From: Propionibacterium freudenreichii subsp. freudenreichii
Lineage (GTDB): Bacteria; Actinomycetota; Actinomycetes; Propionibacteriales; Propionibacteriaceae
Direction: 5' to 3'
Length of the DNA: 32,000 bases
Assembly: GCF_000940845.1 (NCBI RefSeq)
Contig: NZ_CP010341.1
Location: 2,370,001-2,402,000 of the forward strand
The notes below the pieces were generated by a model. The model was not told the origin of the DNA, made no database searches, and saw only the letters and a list, made by a program, of their open reading frames with translations. Shown here piece by piece: positions 25,475 to 31,075 of this stretch; positions within the stretch are counted from its first letter, which is position 1, and each line of letters begins with the position of its first letter. The position numbers were made by a program, and so were the translations under genes.

Positions 25475-26554
25475 TCACGAGAACAACATCGCCAGCGAGA
25501 CGACCACCGTGTTGCCGAGCCAGATGGAGGCGGCCGGGGGGTCGATATGGCTCGTGCCGCGGTCGTACCACAGGCGGGCGCAGAACTCGCCGAGCAGTGC
25601 GGTGAACACGCCGAAGACGGCGGCGATGATGAGTGCCAGGAAGGCCATCAGCCAGGTGTGGGAGTCCCACGTGCTGGTGGCGGTCCAGGTGTAGGTGGAG
25701 AAGGTCTTGCCCATCAGGATGGGGAAGAACTGGATGGCGGCCAGGCCGGCGATGTTGGTGACGTGGTGCTGCACCGGCATGTTGCGGTTGGTGATGAGGA
25801 ACAGGATCACGATGGCCGAGATGCCGAAGGTGAAGCTGTTGGCATTGGCGGCGGCCAGGGTGTTGGCGAAGCCCCGCTCGGTGAGGTAGGCGCCGACATT
25901 GCCGGCCAGGAACAGGGAGGCGCCACCGGCCAGGATGCCGAACAGCGAACCGATCGTGAGCAGCTGGGAGGGCTTCTCCTGCCATTCCAGCCAGCGGCCG
26001 TTGGGGCCCGGCTTGATCTTCTGCGGGAAGGTCGTGGCGTCAGGGTGGAAGGCCTCTGCGTTGTGCAGCGAGCCCCTCATGAGGCCCTTGCCGGGCAGGC
26101 CGCCGAAGACGACGCGGGCCAGCAGGCCCGACAGCAGCACCGACAGTGCCACCGAGTCGGTGTGGGTGCCGAACCACGGGATGTGGCTGACGCCGATCTG
26201 GCACAGGTAGCCGAAGATGCCGAACAGCGAGCCGACGTAGACGATGTCGGGCTTGCCGAGGCCGGCGAGCGGCGAGTTGACGTCCTTGCCATCCTCGAAG
26301 TAGCCCCGGTAGCGCGCATAGATCGCGGCGGCGACACCACCGGCGAATGCGATGTGGGGGCCCATGAAGGGGCCGAACGCCAGGTAATCAAGCCCGAAGG
26401 TGTTTCCCGTGGCGGCAAAGATGCCCCAGCTGGCGATGACGGCGAAGCCAGTGAGGACGAATGCGTAGTTGCCGCCGATGGCGGCGCCGACCGCACCACC
26501 GGCGATCGCAGCGAGGAGCCCGAAGAGGAAGACTCCCAGAGAAGCGGTGAACAT
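25475..26554 (-). CDS. Polytopic membrane protein of unrecognised family (359 aa, about 10 TM); candidate substrate permease of the island
   Basis: Alternating hydrophobic helices throughout (e.g. GVFLFGLLAAIAGGAVGAAIGG, VYVGSLFGIFGYLCQIG, FGISAIVILFLI, WLMAFLALIIAAVFGVF). It lacks the MFS, ABC, PTS-EIIC and SSS signature motifs I know. ATG 26554 is preferred over the track start at 26656. Confidence 0.7.
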   Translation of the reverse strand: MFTASLGVFLFGLLAAIAGGAVGAAIGGNYAFVLTGFAVIASWGIFAATGNTFGLDYLAFGPFMGPHIAFAGGVAAAIYARYRGYFEDGKDVNSPLAGLGKPDIVYVGSLFGIFGYLCQIGVSHIPWFGTHTDSVALSVLLSGLLARVVFGGLPGKGLMRGSLHNAEAFHPDATTFPQKIKPGPNGRWLEWQEKPSQLLTIGSLFGILAGGASLFLAGNVGAYLTERGFANTLAAANANSFTFGISAIVILFLITNRNMPVQHHVTNIAGLAAIQFFPILMGKTFSTYTWTATSTWDSHTWLMAFLALIIAAVFGVFTALLGEFCARLWYDRGTSHIDPPAASIWLGNTVVVSLAMLFS

Positions 26555-26886
26555 CGATGTTCCAATCTGTGAGGTGGGCTGGGCCCACAACCGTTGCTGA
26601 TACTGCTTGGCCGATTCTTCATTGAATCGGGTGGAGCACCCCCCTGGATGCCCCACCCGACGTGCATATGGCCGTCGCCGGGCGAACCCGACGAGTTACT
26701 ACCTGTTCCTGCTTGCACATTTCTTCTTGTCCCGGTGGGAGACGAGGACTCCCATCGCGACAAGCCTGTGGAGCGACGCCGTGGCGCCGCCCGCTGATCT
26801 TGGCAGACGCGGAATCCCTCGGTTCCATCGCCCCCCGGGAATCCCGGTAGGGGCGGTGCCTGCCAGCCTCGCTGATCTTGTATGGA

Positions 26887-27008
26887 GGCGAGGCCAAGGG
26901 CCTCGCCGATTGTGTGTGGACGCGAGGCCGGGGGCCTCGCTGTTTTATGTGGATGCGAGGCCGGGGGCCTCGCCGGGTTTGGTGGACGCGGGGCCTTTCA
27001 GCCCCGCG
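26887..27008. repeat. Tandem array of four ~33-35-bp units, each carrying an 8-9-bp GC stem-loop; likely terminator region downstream of the rpiB-like gene
   Basis: The four hairpins are GGCGAGGCC-aag-GGCCTCGCC (26887-26907), GCGAGGCC-ggg-GGCCTCGC (26922-26940), the same again (26955-26973), and CGCGGGGC-ctttca-GCCCCGCG (26987-27008). The three inter-hairpin spacers end in GTGGAY; the segment before the first hairpin ends in TATGGA. Confidence 0.8.
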
Positions 27009-27099
27009 CCCTGGGTGCCGACTTCCCCGTGTTCGGGCCGCTCCCGCGAGGTGACTCGGGAGAGTGTCGCCGGCCCTCGGCGGCGTTGTCAGCGAGCCG

Positions 27100-27588
27100 T
27101 CAGCAGCTCGTCACTGAGTTGTCGTCGGCTCCGGTCTCCTTCTCGTACTCCACGATCAGGTCAACATTGGCCTTCGAGTGCGAGGTGGGGTCAAAGGTGT
27201 AGTCGAGGAACTCGTGGGCCAGGCGGCGCGCCAGCTCCAGGCCGATCACGCGCTCGCCCAGGCACAGCACCTGCGCGTTGTTCGACATCACCAGGCGCTC
27301 CACCGAGAAGCTGTCGTGGGCGGTGCAGGCACGGATGCCGGGCACCTTGTTGGCCGAAATGGCCATGCCCATGCCGGTGCCACACACGAAGATGCCGCGG
27401 TCAGCGTCGCCTTCGGCGATCACGCGTGCGCCGGCAATGCCCTTGCGCGGGTACGGGGTGGTCTCTCCGGGGGCGATGCCCACGTCGATCACTTCGTCCA
27501 CGCGCGGATCAGCTTCGAGGTCAGCCTTGATGGCTTCCTTGTAATCCACACCAGCCGCGTCTGCGGCCACTGCAACCTTGAATCCCAT
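27100..27588 (-). CDS. RpiB/LacA/LacB-family sugar-phosphate isomerase
   Basis: 162 aa with RGIFVCGTGMGMAISANK and LCLGERVIG, which are typical of RpiB. ATG 27588 with RBS GGAGGAG; the track ORF of 232 aa is a run-on. Confidence 0.9.
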   Translation of the reverse strand: MGFKVAVAADAAGVDYKEAIKADLEADPRVDEVIDVGIAPGETTPYPRKGIAGARVIAEGDADRGIFVCGTGMGMAISANKVPGIRACTAHDSFSVERLVMSNNAQVLCLGERVIGLELARRLAHEFLDYTFDPTSHSKANVDLIVEYEKETGADDNSVTSC

Positions 27589-27873
27589 GACTCCTCCGAG
27601 CATCGCTGGTCGGTACAGGCTCCGACGCCCACACCGGACGTTTTGTCTGACGCTCAAGATAACACGGAATGTGGTGGAAACCACCCCGGGGATGAGAGTT
27701 TGTGGACGAACCGCTGTGAGTTTGGGCGGATGGCGCCCCCGATGGGCGGTGCGAGCGGCCCCGGACGCGCTGCTGACAGCGGGTTGGCGCCCGGGCACCA
27801 GTATTCACATGCCCGGTTCACACCGCCACCCCGGGGTGGGATTGGCCCTCGAGGGTGACGACGCGGTGGCCCT

Positions 27874-27899
27874 GGGCCCGTCGCGCGCGGGCGCGCGCG
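27874..27899. repeat. 26-bp direct repeat, copy 1 (GGGCCCGTCGCGCGCGGGCGCGCGCG)
   Basis: Identical to 27935-27960. It contains two alternating CG runs (7 and 8 nt) separated by GGG. Confidence 0.9.
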
Positions 27900-27934
27900 G
27901 AGGTCTTTCATGACCCCGACCACGTGACCACCCG

Positions 27935-27960
27935 GGGCCCGTCGCGCGCGGGCGCGCGCG
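27935..27960. repeat. 26-bp direct repeat, copy 2
   Basis: 26/26 identity with 27874-27899, at a period of 61 bp. Confidence 0.9.
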
Positions 27961-28082
27961 TTCCCCTTTGTTGGAGCGCTCTGGCCATCTGCTCCGGGTG
28001 GGACAGGCGCCCGGGGGTCGGGGGGCGGGCGTCGAGCCCCCCGAGCTCGCTGTGGACACCATGGACCAGGCCTAAGCTCTCA

Positions 28083-28122
28083 GTGGGCAGTTGTGCGGGA
28101 ATGACGCCGCACAGGTGACCAT
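28083..28122. promoter_or_regulatory. 40-bp direct repeat A, distal copy, containing the dyad TGTGCGG-N8-CCGCACA; candidate operator
   Basis: GTGGGCAGTTGTGCGGGAATGACGCCGCACAGGTGACCAT matches 28345-28384 at 38/40. Confidence 0.45.
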
Positions 28123-28233
28123 CCAAGGGCGCATCCCGTCCCGAACGACCACTGCGGGCGGGTTCATCCGCAGCTCCGTCGTCCGGACACCCGGTTCCGG
28201 TCGTCCGCATCCGGCGCGATGCAGGTTTCGGAA

Positions 28234-28281
28234 GATGGGGAGGACCTTTACGTCGTCTACCCTGCAAAGGTCCTCCCCATC
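28234..28281. other. Perfect 16-bp-stem hairpin with a 16-nt loop between the two copies of repeat A
   Basis: GATGGGGAGGACCTTT acgtcgtctaccctgc AAAGGTCCTCCCCATC, with exactly reverse-complementary arms. Confidence 0.8.
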
Positions 28282-28344
28282 CCTACCTTCGGGCTGTCCT
28301 CGGCACCGGACGCCACGCCCGGCGCCGCGCTGATTCGTCGCTGG

Positions 28345-28384
28345 GTGGGCAGTTGTGCGGCAATGACGCCGCACAGGTGACCAC
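28345..28384. promoter_or_regulatory. 40-bp direct repeat A, proximal copy, ending 44 nt upstream of the SDR start codon
   Basis: GTGGGCAGTTGTGCGGCAATGACGCCGCACAGGTGACCAC, with the same internal dyad, 262 bp downstream of copy 1. Confidence 0.45.
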
Positions 28385-28428
28385 TCAGGGCCACCTCGGG
28401 CCGGAGCCGGCTTCGTTAGGGTTGGGCC

Positions 28429-29112
28429 ATGACTGAACGCAGATCGGTTCTCATCACCGGGGCGACCCGCGGCATCGGCCGGGCCATCGCCGAAGAGCTG
28501 GCCGAGGGCTGGCACATCCTGGTGGGCGGCACGCATGCCGACACCGTCAATGAGCTGGTGGCCTCGCTACCCAGCGCCGAGCCCTTCGTGGTCGACCTCA
28601 CCGACGACGCCGCCATGGCCGACGCGGCCGCCCGCGTGGGCCAACTCGACGCGCTGGTGCATTCTGCCGGCGGCATCGTGGTGGGCCCGATCGCCGAGAT
28701 GGACCCCCAGGCCTGGCGCGACCTGTTCGAGATCAATGTGGTGGCGGTGGCGGCGCTGACGTCGAAGCTGCTGCCCCAGCTGCGCGCGTCGCACGGCCAG
28801 GTGATTGCCATCAACTCGGGCTCGGGTTTCCACACCCGCGCCAACCAGTCCGCCTATTCGGCCACGAAGCATGCGCTGGTGGCCGTCACCAACGGCCTGC
28901 GCGACGAGGAACGCGGCCAGGTGCGGGTGACCTCGATCCATCCCGGCCCCGTGGACACCGATATGCAGGTGACCATGCAGGAGCTGCTCGGCGGCACGTA
29001 CCAGCCGGAGAAGTACCTTCACGCGGCCGATGTCGCCCGGACGGTGGCACTGGCCCTTGAGATGCGTCCCGGCGCGAATGTCGACTACCTGTCCGTGCGT
29101 CCGGCCGGCTGA
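28429..29112 (+). CDS. Short-chain dehydrogenase/reductase (SDR)
   Basis: TGATRGIGRAIA (TGxxxGxG), the NSGSG region, catalytic YSATKHA (YxxxK), and PGPVDTDM. Confidence 0.9.
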   Translation: MTERRSVLITGATRGIGRAIAEELAEGWHILVGGTHADTVNELVASLPSAEPFVVDLTDDAAMADAAARVGQLDALVHSAGGIVVGPIAEMDPQAWRDLFEINVVAVAALTSKLLPQLRASHGQVIAINSGSGFHTRANQSAYSATKHALVAVTNGLRDEERGQVRVTSIHPGPVDTDMQVTMQELLGGTYQPEKYLHAADVARTVALALEMRPGANVDYLSVRPAG

Positions 29113-29256
29113 TCCGGAATCGGTGATCAGGGGCACCGGCCATGTGCCGGGCCCCGTCACCCCCCAGCGTCGATCCCTCGGCGGCACCGTCCCCTGTGCA
29201 CAGCGCCTCCGGACGAACACCCGCCCGGATGGGTCATGGTCGTTGGGTGGTCACAC

Positions 29257-30087
29257 TCAGAGCGACGACCCCTGACGCGGGTCGTCGGCAATCATCAGCT
29301 GCACCCCGGCGTCGGTCAGCTCGTCGATCTGGGCTTGCGGGGTGCCCGAGTCGAGCACCACATGGTCGAACTCGGTGAGGTCGGCGAACTTGAACAGGGC
29401 GCGCCGGTGGAACTTGGTGTGGTCGAGCAGCAGCACCCGCACCTCGGCGGATTCCAACATGGCTCGCTTCACCTCAACCACCTCCTGGTAGGGGTGGAAG
29501 CAGGCCAGGTCGGAGATACCCGAGGCCGACAGGAAGCAGATGTCGGCGTGCATGGCGCGCACATTCTGCACGACGGTGGGACCCATCAGCGCGTGCGCCC
29601 AGGCCTGGTATTCGCCGCCGGTGACGAACAGCTTCGTCGAACGGTTCTCGGCCACCTCATTGGCGACCAGCAGCGAGTTGGTCACCACCGACACCGACGA
29701 CAGGTCGGCCAGGGAACGCAACAGCCACACCGCCGACGAGGAATCGTCGAGCATGATCGAGCTGCTCGGGGTGACCAGCTGGCCGGCCTTGGCCGCCACC
29801 CACTGCTTCTCCTGGGAGCTCTGTTCCACCCGGAACTCGGCGTCGGCCTCGTGCAAGCCGCTGGCGACCGCCACCACCTGGCCGCGGTGGCGTTGCAGCA
29901 CGCCGCTCTCCTCCAGCGAGGCGACGTCGCGGTAGATCGTCATGGACGAGACGCCGGTGAGCGCGGCAAGGTCCTCCACGCTGATGGTGCCCTGCTTGAT
30001 CACCATCTCGGCGATGGCGAGCTGGCGTTCCTTCTGGCCTTCCAGATGGCGCTTCTCGACACCGTTGTGAGAACTGCTGACGCTCAT
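29257..30087 (-). CDS. DeoR/GlpR-family transcriptional regulator
   Basis: N-terminal HTH ISVEDLAALTGVSSMTIYRDVASLEESG plus a C-terminal DeoR sugar-phosphate sensor domain (IMLDDSSS, VVTNS, ADICFLSASGI). ATG 30087 is preferred over the track start at 30207. Confidence 0.9.
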   Translation of the reverse strand: MSVSSSHNGVEKRHLEGQKERQLAIAEMVIKQGTISVEDLAALTGVSSMTIYRDVASLEESGVLQRHRGQVVAVASGLHEADAEFRVEQSSQEKQWVAAKAGQLVTPSSSIMLDDSSSAVWLLRSLADLSSVSVVTNSLLVANEVAENRSTKLFVTGGEYQAWAHALMGPTVVQNVRAMHADICFLSASGISDLACFHPYQEVVEVKRAMLESAEVRVLLLDHTKFHRRALFKFADLTEFDHVVLDSGTPQAQIDELTDAGVQLMIADDPRQGSSL

Positions 30088-30248
30088 TGCCGTGTTGCCC
30101 CTCAGTGTTCGTCCCTCGAATCGCCCGCCGACGCCGGGCGGGTGAGTGCTGCTGCCAGCGTCCGCCCCGGCTGCCGGTTGTGGGCTCAGGCTATCCAAGG
30201 CACGCAACCGGATTTCGGTCGGGCCGGGGTCACTGGCCCGACATCACA

Positions 30249-31001
30249 TCATCCCTGGTGGGCGCGGGCCACCTCGCCGGCGATGCCGAGCATCTGCACA
30301 TAGCCGGGGCCGGTCCAGGCGGCGCGCCCGATGAACAGGCCCTCCACGCCGGGGATCCCCAACAGCTCGCGGGCATTGCCCGGATTCGCGGAGCCGCCGT
30401 AGATCACTGCGGTCACCGCGTCGCCGTAGCGCGACTGCAGTGCGTCGAAGGCACGCAGGAGGTCGTCGCGCTGCGGTTCGCGTCCGTGCTCGCCGATCGC
30501 CCAGATGGGCTCGTAGGCCAGGACCACCGACGAGGGGTCGACGCCCTCCAGCGCGGAATCGGCCTGATCGGTGATGAACTTCACCGAGTCGCCGGCGTCG
30601 AAGACCTCCTGGGATTCGCCCACGCACAGCACGGGACGCAGGCCGTGACCGATGATCGCGCGCACCTTCTTGTTGACCACCTCGTCGGTGTCACCGAAGT
30701 TGGCGCGACGCTCGGAGTGGCCCACCTCGACCAGTTGTGCCCCGGCGTCGGCGACCTGCGGCACGGAGACCTCGCCGGTCCATGCGCCGGCGTCGGCCCA
30801 GTGCGCGTTCTGCGCGCCCAGCAGCACATCGGAGTCGGGGCCGAGCAGCTTGCTGACCTCGGCCAGCACGGTGGCCGGCGGGATGATGAAGGCCTGCACC
30901 CCGCCCCATGCGCTGTGGTCGGCCTGCTTGAGCGCCTCCACATAGGTGCGTGACGACGCGCGCGTGCCATTCATCTTCCAGCTGGTTCCAACCCAGAGCA
31001 T
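30249..31001 (-). CDS. Triosephosphate-isomerase-family paralogue (TpiA2/EryH/LerI-like tetrulose-phosphate isomerase candidate)
   Basis: TIM motifs are present (WKMNG, VGHSERR, AYEPIWAIG), but the canonical GNWKMN is TSWKMN and the loop-6 AIGTG is AIGEHG. RBS GAGGAGAA precedes ATG 31001. Confidence 0.85.
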   Translation of the reverse strand: MLWVGTSWKMNGTRASSRTYVEALKQADHSAWGGVQAFIIPPATVLAEVSKLLGPDSDVLLGAQNAHWADAGAWTGEVSVPQVADAGAQLVEVGHSERRANFGDTDEVVNKKVRAIIGHGLRPVLCVGESQEVFDAGDSVKFITDQADSALEGVDPSSVVLAYEPIWAIGEHGREPQRDDLLRAFDALQSRYGDAVTAVIYGGSANPGNARELLGIPGVEGLFIGRAAWTGPGYVQMLGIAGEVARAHQG

Positions 31002-31030
31002 GCATTCTCCTCATCGACGATGCGGGGGGT

Positions 31031-31058
31031 GTCGCGCCCGACCGGGGCCGGGCGCGAC
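31031..31058. other. Intercistronic 10-bp-stem hairpin between the Dak and TIM-like genes
   Basis: GTCGCGCCCG accggggc CGGGCGCGAC, inside the 74-bp gap between the stop at 31076 and the start at 31001. Confidence 0.6.
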
Positions 31059-31075
31059 AACCCTTCGCGTGATTA

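Noticed and set aside
26887-27008. The tandem hairpin array considered as a possible CRISPR array
   Set aside because: The repeats are only about 19-21 bp with 12-15 bp 'spacers' that are themselves similar to each other. There are only four units and no cas genes in the window. A duplicated terminator module fits better.
27908-28536. Minus-strand ORFs of 119 and 154 aa inside the 840-bp control region, considered as candidate small genes
   Set aside because: They have no RBS and extreme Arg/Pro/Gly content. They overlap hairpins and direct repeats, and the 154-aa ORF runs antisense into the SDR gene.
30174-30211. The dyad upstream of deoR that shares GTTGTG and ATCCAAGG with repeat A, considered as a third operator
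   Set aside because: The shared words are short and their spacing differs, so chance co-occurrence in 32 kb cannot be excluded. I mention it under the repeat-A finding but do not call it a feature.
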